Assembly (NCBI GenBank): GCA_963806075.1
Contig: CAWDWT010000023.1
Span: forward strand, 2,763 to 66,762
Direction: 5' to 3'
Source of the DNA: an uncultured Alphaproteobacteria bacterium
Lineage (GTDB): Bacteria > Pseudomonadota > Alphaproteobacteria > Rhizobiales > Xanthobacteraceae
DNA length: 64,000 nt
Shown here: in pieces, positions 31,113 to 41,929 of the stretch
Position numbering within the stretch: the stretch's first letter is position 1
How the letters are laid out: each line of letters starts with the position of its first letter
Notes under the pieces: model-generated
What the model was told of the DNA's origin: nothing
Database searches by the model: none
Seen by the model: the letters and a program-made list of their open reading frames with translations, nothing else
Made by a program: the position numbers and the translations under genes

Positions 31113-32610
31113 TCATGCGACCAGCGTCAGCCGTGGACCGGCCGCCAGGATGGAGCAGTTACGCCCATTGGCCTTGGCGGCATAAAGCGCCTTGTCGGCG
31201 GCGCCGACCAGATCAGCCCAGTCAGTGGCCGCGGCCGGCATCAGGCTGGCGACGCCGACGCTGACGGTGGTGACTTGCGGCTCTCCGGACCATGATTCGA
31301 CCTTCAGGCGGATGGTCTCGGCGACCGACAGTGCTTCCGCGGGCGAAAGTCCCGGCAACAGCACGGCGAATTCCTCGCCGCCATAGCGCGCGATGCAATC
31401 GCCGGCCCGGTTCACCGAAGCCGAAATGCAGATCGCGACGCCGACCAGCACCTGGTCGCCGGCCTGATGGCCATGGGTGTCGTTATAGGCCTTGAAATGG
31501 TCGGCATCGATCATCAGCAGCGCCAGCGGCGTGTTCTGCCGCGCCGCGCGGCGCCACTCGAGATCGATGGTGGCGTCGAATTTGCGCCGGTTGCGCAGGC
31601 CGGTCAGCGCGTCGGTGGTCGCGAGTTCTTCGAGCTGGTCTTCGGCCTTGGCGCGGCGGCCGATTTCCCGTGCCAGGAACAGCGTCACACCGAGCACGAA
31701 CGAGATCAGCGCCATCAGGATTGCGCCGATCCGGGTCGCCTCGGTGCGCCACAGGCTTAAGATGCTGGTCCAGGTCTTTCCGACCTGAACCACCAGCGGG
31801 GAGGCGCTGTTGTGCCAGACGAAAAGCCGCGTCGATGCCATCGACCACGCTCGGCCTGGAATAGGAGCCGTCGGGCTCGGACAATACCCGGTCGATACCA
31901 GGCGCATGCTTGATGTTCTTGCCGATGACGTCGAGGTCGAACGGCGTCCGCATGATGATGGTGCCATCGCGGCGCAGCACGGTGATGATGTCGTCGGCGT
32001 CGAGATGGAGACGACCGAACAGTTCGTGGAAATAGCTGAAGCGGATCGAGCCCGCGACCACGCCAAGGAAGCTGCCGTCCCGTCCCGTGATGCGCCGGCT
32101 CAGCACGATGACATAGGCGCTACGATGCAGCATCGGCCGGCTGACGAACAGGCCGGCATCGGGCTGATCGCGGTGCACCTTGAAGTACTCCTCGTCGGCG
32201 CGGTTTTCGGGCACCGGATCCAGCGTGGAGGCGTCGATGGTCAGTCGCCCTTCGGCATCGAACACCTGGATCGCCCCGAAATGCTTGGCGTTCGCGGCCT
32301 GGTCGAACAGGATCAGATTCCGCAGCGGTTTGCTGAGTTTTGCGATCTCCGGAATCACCATGTTGCTGGCGACCGCGCGCAGCGACAGGTCGTAGAGCTC
32401 GATGTTGCGGCTGATGTCGGTGTCGATGCTGGCGGCGAGATTCTCCAGGGTCTGGCGGGCCAGTTGCTCCTCGCCACGGCGCATGTCGAGCATGACGCTG
32501 GCGCAGATCGCGGAGAAGCCGAGCACCGTGACGACAGAAGAGATGATCAGCAGCTTGGCGGATAGCCGCCGAGGCTGACCGGTCTCATTGCCGTGCCGCC
32601 TGAAGATCAT
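31113..32610 (-). CDS. Membrane diguanylate cyclase with Cache-type sensor; indel near 31835
   Basis: TM, periplasmic domain (RADEEYF, VLSRRI...DGSFLGVVAG), TM, then TDALTGLRNRR, DADHFKAYND, RAGD I-site, RYGGEEF. Confidence 0.92.
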
Positions 32611-32788
32611 CGATCGCTCCCGATTGCGACCAAATGCGCACGGAATCGTTGCGGCAGGCTTAAGTAGCGACAACGATGTGATAATAAGTTAACGATCGGT
32701 TGCCGAAGCCGCGCCAATCGCGCGTTAATTTCGGATCAGGATTCAAGGGAAAGCGCCAAAGGCGCGACAGGTAGAACCGGGCATTCAA

Positions 32789-33037
32789 GTGAACGACTAC
32801 GACGCGCTGCGTGACTATTTGAAGAAGCAGAGCCTGCCTGAATTCGTCCTGCGCTTCGACCAGATCGAGGAAATCATCGATGCCGCCCTGCCACGGGCGG
32901 CGCACCGGGCGTCCTGGTGGGAAACGCTGCGCAGCCCGCAGGAAAAGATGCCGCAGCGCGAGGCCTGCCTGGCCGGCGGCTATATCGCGACCCGGCTCGC
33001 CGACGGCAAGAGCGTGCGCTTCAAGCGGATGAAATGA
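32789..33037 (+). CDS. Small conserved-looking protein (Y..L..YL...L.F..IE.I....LP..A....WW type)
   Basis: GTG start, GC3-rich codons; resembles an uncharacterised domain family I recall but cannot name with certainty. Confidence 0.75.
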   Translation: MNDYDALRDYLKKQSLPEFVLRFDQIEEIIDAALPRAAHRASWWETLRSPQEKMPQREACLAGGYIATRLADGKSVRFKRMK

Positions 33038-33064
33038 GGGCAGGGAGACGCGAGCGTCTTCCCT

Positions 33065-33170
33065 GCCGTCATCACCCGCGAAAGCGGGTGCTCCAGTATT
33101 CCAGAGCGCTCGTGAGTGGATTCGAGAAGCTGCGACTTACTGATACCCCGCTTTCGCGGGGTATGACGGC
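33065..33170. repeat. REP-like composite palindrome, family A
   Basis: GCCGTCATCACCCGCGAAAGCGGG...CCCCGCTTTCGCGGGGTATGACGGC; its reverse complement closely matches 58786-58889. Confidence 0.85.
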
Positions 33171-33224
33171 TGTGGGTGGAGCAACGCGGGGACGACGCTG
33201 AGGGTCTCGGGCGCGCGGTGCTTA

Positions 33225-36101
33225 TCAGCTCGCCGCTTCCAGCCGTTCTTCGGTCAGCAGCCGCATCGCGGCATCCGCATCCATCGGTTCGCCGAAGGCG
33301 AATCCTTGCGCGTATTCGCAGCCGAGCTGATAGAGCTCGACCGCGTCGGAATCGGTCTCGGCGCCTTCAGCCACCACATCCATGCCGAGATCGTGGGCGA
33401 GCGCGATGATCGATTTCAGGATCATCGGTCGGGTGCCGCGGCTGGTGGTGCGGACGAACGACTGGTCGATCTTGATGGTGTCGAACGGGAAGCGCTGCAG
33501 ATAGGCCAGCGAGGAATGGCCGGTGCCGAAATCGTCCAGCGACAATCCCGTGCCGAGCTCGCGGATGCGCGTGAGCATCTGGGCGGCGTGTTCCGGATTT
33601 TCCATCACCAGCGATTCCGTCATTTCCAGTTTCAGCGTGCCGCGCGCCACCGAGGAGCGCGACAGCACGGTGCGGATGTCGTGGATCAGATCGTGCCGCA
33701 GCAATTGTCGCGAGGAAACGTTGACACTGGCGAAGATCGGCTCGCGCGAGCGCATCGCGCGCTGCCAGACCGCAAGCTGCCTGGCGGTCCGGTCCATCAC
33801 GAACATGCCGAGATCGACGATCAGGCCGGTTTCTTCCGCGATCGAGATGAATTCGGAAGGCGACATCCGGCCGAGCTTGGGATGATCCCAGCGCGCCAGG
33901 GCCTCGAAGCCGGCGATCGAACGGTCTTCCAGCCGCATGATCGGCTGGTACAGGATGGTAATTTCCTCGCGTTCGATGGCGCGGCGCAATTCGGATTCCA
34001 GTGTCAGCCGGTCGGTCTTGCGGGCGCGCATCGCCGGCTTGTAGACATCGATCCGGTCGCCGCCGATGCGCTTGGAATGATACATCGCAAGCTCGGCGTC
34101 CTTGATGATTTCCTCGGACAATTGCGTCTGCGGATCGGACAGCGCGAGCCCGATCGAGGCGGTCAGGAAGATCTCGCGGTCGTTGAAGGCGATCGGCGCG
34201 CGTATGGTCTTGCGGATGGTCTCGGCGAAAGCGGTGATCCGCGCCGGATCCTGTTCCGACATCAGGATCAGGCCGAACTGGTCGCCGGCGATCCGCGCCA
34301 GCGTGTCCTGCGGTTTCAGGATCCGGATCAGCCGTCGCGCCAGAGTCAAAAGGATCGAATCGCCGACCGCGATGCCGACGGAATCGTTGACCTGCTTGAA
34401 GCGGTCGAGGTCGATCACCATCAGTGTCGGCCGCAGGTTCGGCATGGTCTTGGCGAAATTGGCCACCGCGCCGAGCCGGTCGATGAACAATTTGCGGTTC
34501 GGCAAGCCGGTGAGGTTGTCATGCACGGAATCGTGCAGCATGCGCTCTTCGGCGTTCTTGGTCTCGGTGACGTCGGTCAGCGTGCCGACCACGCGCGATA
34601 CCTCGCCGTCGGAGCCGACCACCGGGCGCGCTTTCAGCGAGAACCACATGAAGTGGCCGTCGGGCGTGCGCAGGCGGAAGTCCTGCACCAGACGGCCGCG
34701 GCGCTGGTCGAGCACGCTGTCGAGCGCGGCGCGGAAACGATCCTGATCGAGCGGGTGCAGCACCTCGAGCCATTTCGCGGCGGGACCTTCCAGCGTGCCG
34801 CGCTTTAAGCCCAGCAGGCTTTCGGTTTCGGAGCTGGTGAACACCTTGTCGGCCGAGACGTCCCAGTCCCAGATCAGGTCCCCGGAGCCGGTCAGCGCCA
34901 GCGCGCGGCGTTCGACGTCGGAGACGGCCCCCGTCGTCGCGCCGCCGCCGGCGAAGGCGTGCTGCATCACGGTGAAACCGATCAGCATCACGATCAACAC
35001 CAGACCGCCGAGCAAAGCGGGGCCGACGATGTCGTTGGTGACGGAACCTGCGATCGTCATGCCGGCCGCGATCACCCAGACCACCAACAGGAACCAGGTC
35101 GGAATTAGCAGGACCGCGCGGTCGAAACCATGCGTCGAGAGATAAATGATCAGGGCGAAGCCGGCGAAGGCGATCAGGACCAGCGACATCCGTGCGATGC
35201 CGGAGGCAACTGCCGGATCGAACAAGGCCAGCGCCACCAGCGAACTGAGGAAAGCGAGCCAGCCGACCGTGATGTGGAGGTAGCGCACGTGCCAGCGGCT
35301 GAGATTGAGATAGGCGACCAGGAACACCAATAGCGTCGCGGCCAGGATCGCCTCGCCCGCTGCGCGCCAGACCCGTTCGGCATTGTTCGACATGTCGAGC
35401 ACTTTGCCCCAGAAGCCGAAATCAACGCCGATGTAAACCAGCACCGCCCATGCAAGCGCGGCGGCGGCCGGGAACATGATGCTGCCCTTGACCACGAACA
35501 GGATGGTCAACACCAGCGCGAGCAGGCCGGAAATGCCGATCACGATGCCCTGATACAGCGTGAAGGAGTTGACCTTGTCCTTGTAGGCGTCGGGCTCCCA
35601 CAGATAGAGCTGCGGTAGTTTATCGGTACGCAATTCCGCGACGAAGGTGACGACGGCGCCCGGGTCGAGCGTGATGCGGAAGATGTCGGCGGTGGCGCTC
35701 TCCTGCCGCTCGGGCCGGTCGCCGGTCGACGGCGTGATGGTCGCGATGCGCGACAGTCCGAGGTCGGGCCACAGCAGACCCGACGACACGATGCGGTAAT
35801 GCGGTGCGACGATCAGACGGTCGAGCTGGTCGTCGGTGTTGTTGGCGAGCGCGAACACCACCCAGTTCTGGCCGCCTTCGCGGGCGCGGACCTCGATGCG
35901 GCGAACGATGCCGTCGGTGCCTGGCGCGGTCGATACCTGGATGCGATCGGTGTCGCTGTGCTGGTGCTCGAGCACGCCGGTGAGATCGATCGCAGGCGCG
36001 TCGCTGCGGACGCTGACGGCGTCGAGCGCGCGCGCGGGTGTCGCGGCGGCAAAAATCATGAGGCCCAGCGCGCCGAGCGCAAGGCACCTGATCAGACGCA
36101 A
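33225..36101 (-). CDS. Periplasmic/7TM sensor-PAS-GGDEF(degenerate)-EAL c-di-GMP phosphodiesterase
   Basis: Signal peptide, about 7 TMs, PAS (IWDWD..LHP.D), AGDQF in place of GGDEF, FEALARW, LDDFGTGHSSL, IKIDQSF, VAEGAE. Confidence 0.93.
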   Translation of the reverse strand: MRLIRCLALGALGLMIFAAATPARALDAVSVRSDAPAIDLTGVLEHQHSDTDRIQVSTAPGTDGIVRRIEVRAREGGQNWVVFALANNTDDQLDRLIVAPHYRIVSSGLLWPDLGLSRIATITPSTGDRPERQESATADIFRITLDPGAVVTFVAELRTDKLPQLYLWEPDAYKDKVNSFTLYQGIVIGISGLLALVLTILFVVKGSIMFPAAAALAWAVLVYIGVDFGFWGKVLDMSNNAERVWRAAGEAILAATLLVFLVAYLNLSRWHVRYLHITVGWLAFLSSLVALALFDPAVASGIARMSLVLIAFAGFALIIYLSTHGFDRAVLLIPTWFLLVVWVIAAGMTIAGSVTNDIVGPALLGGLVLIVMLIGFTVMQHAFAGGGATTGAVSDVERRALALTGSGDLIWDWDVSADKVFTSSETESLLGLKRGTLEGPAAKWLEVLHPLDQDRFRAALDSVLDQRRGRLVQDFRLRTPDGHFMWFSLKARPVVGSDGEVSRVVGTLTDVTETKNAEERMLHDSVHDNLTGLPNRKLFIDRLGAVANFAKTMPNLRPTLMVIDLDRFKQVNDSVGIAVGDSILLTLARRLIRILKPQDTLARIAGDQFGLILMSEQDPARITAFAETIRKTIRAPIAFNDREIFLTASIGLALSDPQTQLSEEIIKDAELAMYHSKRIGGDRIDVYKPAMRARKTDRLTLESELRRAIEREEITILYQPIMRLEDRSIAGFEALARWDHPKLGRMSPSEFISIAEETGLIVDLGMFVMDRTARQLAVWQRAMRSREPIFASVNVSSRQLLRHDLIHDIRTVLSRSSVARGTLKLEMTESLVMENPEHAAQMLTRIRELGTGLSLDDFGTGHSSLAYLQRFPFDTIKIDQSFVRTTSRGTRPMILKSIIALAHDLGMDVVAEGAETDSDAVELYQLGCEYAQGFAFGEPMDADAAMRLLTEERLEAAS

Positions 36102-36217
36102 AGTCCGTTCTCCGCTGTCAGCAGCCGCAGGCGTGACGAGTTGCCCAATGTTGCGCGATAAATGACATGAAAGCGAAGCGAATCAAAGAGTTTCGGTCGC
36201 CGTTTCACCGCGAGCGC

Positions 36218-37217
36218 TTAAGCGAGCAACACAATTTTGCCAATATGTTCGCTGCTCTCCATCCGGCGGTGCGCGTCGGCGGCTTTTTCCAGCGGGAATG
36301 AGCTGTCCATCAGGGGTTTGACGCGTCCTTCGCGCATCAGCGGCATCACCTTGATTTCGATCGCGGCGACCATGGCTGCCTTGTCCGCATTACTACGGGG
36401 GCGCAGCGTCGAACCGGTATGGTGCAGCCGTTTCACCATCAGCTTGCCGAGCGGGATGGTGGCCTTGGCGCCGCCGAGCAGGGCGATCTGAACGATCCGT
36501 CCGTCAACCGCGGCCGCGTCGTAGTTGCGCTCGACATAGTCGCCGCCGACCATGTCGAGGATGACCTCGCAGCCCTTGCCGCCGGTCGCGGCCTTGACCT
36601 CGGCGACGAAGTCCTGGGTCTTGTAGTTGATGGCGTGATCGGCGCCGAGCTTCTTGCAGGCGTCGGCCTTATCCTGCGATCCGACGGTGACGATCACCTT
36701 GGCGCCAAAGGCCTTGGCGAGCTGGATCGCCATGGTGCCGATACCCGACGAGCCGCCATGGATCAGAAGCGTCTCGCCGGCTTTCAGTCCGCCGCGCTCG
36801 AACACGTTGTGCCACACCGTCATCAGGGTTTCAGGCGATCGCGCCGGCTTCCTCGATCGACAGGCTCGAAGGCACCGCCATCGCCTGGGCATCCTGCGCG
36901 ATGCAATATTGCGCATAACCCCCGCCGGCTACCAGCGACATCACCTTGTCGCCGACCTTGTGTTTTTTCGCACTGCCGCCGACCGCGACCACTTCGCCGG
37001 CGACTTCAAGTCCGGGCAGGTCGCTGGCGCCGGGCGGCGGCGGATAGCTGCCGGAACGCTGCGCCACATCGGGACGGTTGACGCCGGCGGCCGCGACCTT
37101 GATCAGGATTTCGTCCGCACCGGGCGCCGGCACCGCGCGGGTTTCGGGCACCAGCACCTCGGGACCACCGGGCCTGCTGATGCCGATGACGGTCATTTGC
37201 ACGGGCAGCTTTTCCAT
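36218..37217 (-). CDS. NAD(P)H-quinone oxidoreductase (PIG3/MDR family); indel near 36835
   Basis: AAGVNRPDVAQRSG.YPPPPGAS..PGLEVAG, LIHGGSSGIGT, GSTLRPR, HIGKIVL. Confidence 0.92.
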
Positions 37218-37322
37218 GATTTGTCCTTGCGAGAGGCGCAAAATCGAGTGGCATGTGCTTAGCCAGCGTCGCTCCGACTGGCAACCGTTTCAAGCCCCTT
37301 CGAGCTTTGAGGAGGAAACCGC

Positions 37323-37514
37323 ATGGCGAGCGAGGATGACGACAAGCCACGAAAGAAAGTCAGCCACGAGATCGGGCAGGATTTGTCGCTGCTGTCGGTC
37401 GAGGAGCTCGCCGAGCGCATCGCGCTGATGAATGGCGAAATCGAGCGGCTGCAGGTTGCCATGACCAAAAAGCGCGCATCGAAGGATGCAGCGAACAGCT
37501 TTTTCAAATCGTAG
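37323..37514 (+). CDS. DUF1192 family protein
   Basis: HEIGQDLSLLSVEELAERIAL...EIERL......K.AS..AA..FFK; GAGGAGG SD. Confidence 0.9.
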   Translation: MASEDDDKPRKKVSHEIGQDLSLLSVEELAERIALMNGEIERLQVAMTKKRASKDAANSFFKS

Positions 37515-37633
37515 ATCTCGGCCATTGGCGGAGTTGGCGGAGTGGGGCGCGCACCAAAGATTGCGAAGGCTCGGCACGCATTTCATTCGGCCAATGGCCG
37601 ACATGGCAAACGAAACCTGAATAAATCCGTTCG

Positions 37634-37648
37634 TTTACGACCCGTTAA
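37634..37648. promoter_or_regulatory. CtrA-like binding site
   Basis: TTTA-CGACCCG-TTAA, one mismatch to TTAA-N7-TTAA, upstream of the sRNA and rcdA. Confidence 0.45.
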
Positions 37649-37669
37649 GCTTTCTCGATTATGACTTGG

Positions 37670-37767
37670 ATTGTCCTCTTTTGGACACCGAGTGGCTCCT
37701 GTCCACTCTGTTTGACGCCTCCCTGTTATCAACTTCAAAAGCCGCCGGAAACGGCGGCTCTTTTTTT
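37670..37767 (+). ncRNA. Rhizobiales sRNA, BjrC1505-like (5' end approximate)
   Basis: Hairpins TGTCC..GGACA and GAGTGG..CCACTC, unpaired anti-SD-like GCCTCCCTG, terminator GCCGCCG-GAAA-CGGCGGC plus T run; the position between DUF1192 and rcdA matches my recollection of BjrC1505. Confidence 0.65.
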
Positions 37768-37898
37768 GCGCCGCATCACGACGCTGGAAACCATAAAAAG
37801 TCTTGTAGCTGGACTCTCGTCCCTGGGCGCGCAATGATTTGTTCATCATAAGCCGGCGCGTGAGGCCGGTCGCGTAAATCGTGCGTGAGGCGCTAACC

Positions 37899-38411
37899 AT
37901 GTCGGACCGTTTGCAAGGTGAAACCGCTCTGGTGCAATTCAGCGAGCGGCTGACCAGCTCCGCGGCGTTCGGCACCTTGTTTCGGGAAGGCATGGATCTG
38001 GTCGAGGAGACCGCAAGCTATCTCGACGGCGTCGGCCGGATCGAGGCCAAAGCGCTCGATCGGGCGGTCAGCCTCACTTACGCCACCGAAAGCATGCGGC
38101 TGACCACGCGGTTGATGCAACTGGCCTCATGGCTGTTGCTGCATCGCGCGGTCAAGGAAGGCGAAATGACGCTGACCCAGGCCAATCGAGAGAAGACCAG
38201 GGTCAAGCTCTCCGCCGCCGAGCCCGGCGCGGTCGACATGATCGAAAAGCTGCCGCCGCAATTGCAGGACCTGATCACCCGCTCGATGACACTGCAGACC
38301 AAGGTTCGCCGTCTCGACGTCACCATCCATGCGCCGTCGACCGAACGCACCGCGATCGGCAATCCGCTGGCGCCGCATCTCACCCGCCTGAAGGCGGCAT
38401 TCGAGAATTAA
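37899..38411 (+). CDS. rcdA: Regulator of CtrA degradation RcdA (DUF1465)
   Basis: LFREGMDLVEETASYLDG.GR, YATESMRLTTRLMQLASWLLL.RAV.EGE. Confidence 0.92.
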   Translation: MSDRLQGETALVQFSERLTSSAAFGTLFREGMDLVEETASYLDGVGRIEAKALDRAVSLTYATESMRLTTRLMQLASWLLLHRAVKEGEMTLTQANREKTRVKLSAAEPGAVDMIEKLPPQLQDLITRSMTLQTKVRRLDVTIHAPSTERTAIGNPLAPHLTRLKAAFEN

Positions 38412-38441
38412 GCGCGCGTCCTGTTCCTCCCGCTTCCAAAC

Positions 38442-38470
38442 AAAAACCCCGGCGCGAGCCGGGGCATTTT
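38442..38470. terminator. Bidirectional terminator between rcdA and rpmE
   Basis: AAAAACCCCGGC-GCGA-GCCGGGGCATTTT. Confidence 0.75.
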
Positions 38471-38496
38471 GTTGGTGGGGCGGAAGCCTGAAGGTC

Positions 38497-38724
38497 TCAT
38501 TCTTTCTTGAGGAAACCCGAAAACTTCTTCTGGAACCGCGATACGCGACCGCCGCGGTCAAGGAGCTGCTGGGTGCCGCCAGTCCAGGCCGGGTGCGACT
38601 TGGAGTCGATATCGAGGTGCAGCTTGTCGCCGGCCTTGCCCCAGGTCGAGCGGGTCTGGTATTCGGTCCCGTCGGTCATCACGACCGTAATCATATGATA
38701 ATCCGGGTGAATTTCGGTTTTCAT
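38497..38724 (-). CDS. rpmE: 50S ribosomal protein L31 (Cys-free form)
   Basis: [36 protein letters not shown]. Confidence 0.96.
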   Translation of the reverse strand: MKTEIHPDYHMITVVMTDGTEYQTRSTWGKAGDKLHLDIDSKSHPAWTGGTQQLLDRGGRVSRFQKKFSGFLKKE

Positions 38725-38923
38725 GGCTTATCCTACGGCGCGCCGGCGCCTGCCTTTTCGATTTCAAGGGGCGGATTTGGGCCGCTCTATAACGTAGCAA
38801 GCCCTGCAAAACAAGTCAGGCCAGGCTGGCGACGGCGGGCCCGTTCCGGCTTGGCCCTCCGACCTATTTGCTAATGCCGGCGGCGGGGCCTATCTGGGGG
38901 CGACAAGTGGCGGGTCAGATCTC

Positions 38924-40792
38924 ATGAGTGCAGTGGAACGGCTGGAAGAACCCAACGACAAAACGCGGCAGTCCGCTGCGACGCCTGCGACAGCGGCGCC
39001 TGCGGAAGCGCCCGCCATTGACGCCGTGCTGAGCGAGCGGCCTGCGAAAAACGCCCGGCTGCGGCCGCTATTGGCGCTCGCGCCTTATGTGGCGCGATAT
39101 CGTTGGCGCGCCATTCTGGCGGTGATCTCGCTCACGGTCGCCGCGATCACCACGCTGGTGGTGCCGGTCGCGGTGCGGCGGATGATCGATTTCGGGTTTA
39201 CCCCGAAAGGCGTCGCCATGATCAACAGCTATTTCAGCTTGATGATCGCGATCGTCGCGGTCCTCGCGCTTGCCAGCGCCTCGCGGTATTACTTTGTCAT
39301 GACCATCGGCGAGCGTATCGTCGCCGATCTCAGGCGCGACGTTTTCGCGCATCTGATCTCGCTGTCGCCGTCATTCTTCGATTCCGCGCGCAGCGGCGAA
39401 CTGATCTCGCGGCTCACCGCCGACACCACCCAGATCAAATCCGCCGCCGGCGCATCGGCTTCGATCGCGCTACGAAATTTGCTGCTGTTCATCGGCGCCG
39501 CCACGATGATGGTGATCACGAGTCCCAGGCTCTCGGGCCTGGTGTTGCTGGCCATTCCGCTGATCGTGCTGCCGCTGGTGGCTTTTGGCCGGTGGGTTCG
39601 CCGGCTGTCGCGCAGCGCCCAGGACACACTGGCGGAAGCATCCGCCTACGCGTCCGAACTGGTTGGCGCGATCCGTACCGTGCAGGCCTATACCAGCGAG
39701 CCGCTTGCCAATGCGCGTTTCGGCAGCGAAGTCGAGCAAGCCTATGAAGCGGCGCGCACCTCGACCCAGGCGCGCTCGGTGTTGACCGCGATCATCATCT
39801 TCATCGTCTTCACCAGCGTGGTGGTGATCCTGTGGATCGGATCGCATGACGTGCTGACCGGCGCCATTACGCCGGGCCGGCTCGGCCAGTTCGTCCTCTA
39901 CGCGGCGTTCGCCGCGACCGGGCTCGGCCAGCTCAGCGAGGTCTGGGGCGAGCTGTCGGCCGCCTCCGGCGCCGCCGAGCGGCTGTTCGAAATCCTCCTG
40001 GTCAAGACCCAGATCGCAGCGCCCGCAGCACCGCGCGCACTGCCGGTGCCGGGACGCGGCGACGTCAGTTTTGAAAATGTTCGCTTCGCCTATCCGTCGC
40101 GGCCGGATACCGCGGTGGTCGATGGCGTTTCGTTCAAGATCAAGGCCGGCGAGAAGGTCGCGATCGTCGGCCCCTCCGGCGCCGGCAAGAGCACGCTGTT
40201 TCATCTGCTGCTGCGCTTCTACGATCCGGCATCCGGCGTGATTTCGGTCGACGGCGTTCCGATCAAGGCGGCCGATCCGCAGGCGGTGCGCGCACGTATC
40301 GCCCTGGTGCCGCAGGAATCGGTGGTGTTTGCCGCCAGCGCGCGCGAGAACATCCGCTTCGGCCGCCCCGAGGCCAGCGATGCCGAGGTCGAGCGGGCCT
40401 CGGATCTGGCCCATGCCACCGAATTCGTCCGCCGCCTGCCGGAAGGCTTCGCGACGCAACTGGGCGAGCGCGGCGTCACGCTGTCCGGCGGCCAGCGCCA
40501 GCGTATCGCGATCGCCCGCGCGATCCTGCGCGACGCGCCGCTGCTGCTGCTCGATGAAGCTACCTCTTCGCTCGATGCCGAAAGCGAGACGCTGGTGCAG
40601 ACCGCGCTGGAAGAACTGATGCGCCATCGCACCACGCTTGTCATCGCGCATCGGCTTGCCACGGTATTGTCCTGTGACCGCATCCTGGTGATGGAGCAGG
40701 GCCGCATCGTCGAGCAGGGCACCCACACCTCGCTGGTCGCCGCCAACGGCCTCTACGCGCGGCTGGCGCGGCTGCAGTTCGAGGGGGTTTAG
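38924..40792 (+). CDS. MsbA-like ABC exporter (fused permease/ATPase)
   Basis: Six-TM domain with GELISRLTADTTQI; GPSGAGKS, LSGGQRQRIAIARA, LLLDEATS. Confidence 0.93.
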   Translation: MSAVERLEEPNDKTRQSAATPATAAPAEAPAIDAVLSERPAKNARLRPLLALAPYVARYRWRAILAVISLTVAAITTLVVPVAVRRMIDFGFTPKGVAMINSYFSLMIAIVAVLALASASRYYFVMTIGERIVADLRRDVFAHLISLSPSFFDSARSGELISRLTADTTQIKSAAGASASIALRNLLLFIGAATMMVITSPRLSGLVLLAIPLIVLPLVAFGRWVRRLSRSAQDTLAEASAYASELVGAIRTVQAYTSEPLANARFGSEVEQAYEAARTSTQARSVLTAIIIFIVFTSVVVILWIGSHDVLTGAITPGRLGQFVLYAAFAATGLGQLSEVWGELSAASGAAERLFEILLVKTQIAAPAAPRALPVPGRGDVSFENVRFAYPSRPDTAVVDGVSFKIKAGEKVAIVGPSGAGKSTLFHLLLRFYDPASGVISVDGVPIKAADPQAVRARIALVPQESVVFAASARENIRFGRPEASDAEVERASDLAHATEFVRRLPEGFATQLGERGVTLSGGQRQRIAIARAILRDAPLLLLDEATSSLDAESETLVQTALEELMRHRTTLVIAHRLATVLSCDRILVMEQGRIVEQGTHTSLVAANGLYARLARLQFEGV

Positions 40793-40809
40793 CGCGAAGG
40801 CCGCGGCTC

Positions 40810-41835
40810 TCAGCGCTCCGTCAGCTTCAGTTCGATGCGTCGGTTGCGCTTGTAGGCTTCTTCGGTCTGCGCGGTGTCGAGCGGCTGGAATTCGGCAAAG
40901 CCGGCCGCGACCAGCCGCTGAGGCGGCACGCCAAGCGACACCAGATACTGCACCACCGAGATCGCGCGGGCCGAGGACAATTCCCAGTTCGATTTGAACA
41001 CCGGGCTGTTGATCGGCCTGACGTCGGTGTGGCCGTCGACCCGCAGCACCCAGGCGATTTCGCCCGGGATCTGCTTGTCGAGGTCGATCAGCGCCGTGGC
41101 GAGCTTGTCGAGTTCGGCGCGCCCTTCGGGCAGCAACAACGCCTGTCCGGTATCGAAGAACACTTCGGACTGGAACACGAAGCGGTCGCCGACGATGCGG
41201 ATATCCGGCCGATTGCCGAGGATGGTGCGCAGTCGGCCGAAGAATTCCGAACGATAGCGCGACAATTCCTGCACCCGTTGCGCCAACGCCACGTTGAGCC
41301 GCTGGCCGAGATCGGCGATCCGCCCTTGCGATTGCTTGTCGCGTTTCTCCGAAGCGTCGAGCGCTTCCTCGAGCGCGGCCAACTGGCGACGCAGCGCGCT
41401 GATCTGCTGGTTCAGGACCTCGATCTGCGTCAGCGCGCGGGCGGAGACTTCCTTTTCGGAATCCAGCGCCTTGTTCAGTTCGGAGGCGCGCCCGGCGACA
41501 TCGCCGGCGCTGGCCAGGCCCTCATACAGGCCCTTGACCCGATCGCGGTCGGATTCGGCGGCAGACAATCCCGCCTTGAGCCGCGAGATCTGGTCGTCGA
41601 GCGAAATCTTGCCGAGCTTTTCCAGCGACAGCAGGTCGTTGAGCTGGGCGATCTTGGCGTTGAGCTGCTCCAGCGCCTTGTCCTTGCCAGTGACCTCCTG
41701 CGACAGGAAGAATTGCACCACCAGGAATACGGACAGCAGGAACACGATCGACAGCACCAGCGTCGACAGCGCATCGACGAATCCCGGCCAGTAGTTGAAG
41801 CCGGATTCGCCGCGACGTGTACGCGCAAGGGCCAT
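40810..41835 (-). CDS. MotB/OmpA-family peptidoglycan-binding protein with long coiled coil
   Basis: NYWPGFVDAL TM anchor; coiled coil; LRVDGHTD, NWELSSARA.SV, NRRIEL. Confidence 0.9.
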   Translation of the reverse strand: MALARTRRGESGFNYWPGFVDALSTLVLSIVFLLSVFLVVQFFLSQEVTGKDKALEQLNAKIAQLNDLLSLEKLGKISLDDQISRLKAGLSAAESDRDRVKGLYEGLASAGDVAGRASELNKALDSEKEVSARALTQIEVLNQQISALRRQLAALEEALDASEKRDKQSQGRIADLGQRLNVALAQRVQELSRYRSEFFGRLRTILGNRPDIRIVGDRFVFQSEVFFDTGQALLLPEGRAELDKLATALIDLDKQIPGEIAWVLRVDGHTDVRPINSPVFKSNWELSSARAISVVQYLVSLGVPPQRLVAAGFAEFQPLDTAQTEEAYKRNRRIELKLTER

Positions 41836-41929
41836 TTCGTCTTCTCTATCTCTTTGGTTGACGCCTTTTTCAGATATCAGGCCAGCGGCGAGCAACTAAA
41901 CAGCTGTGATATCGTGACCTTCGCGTCTT

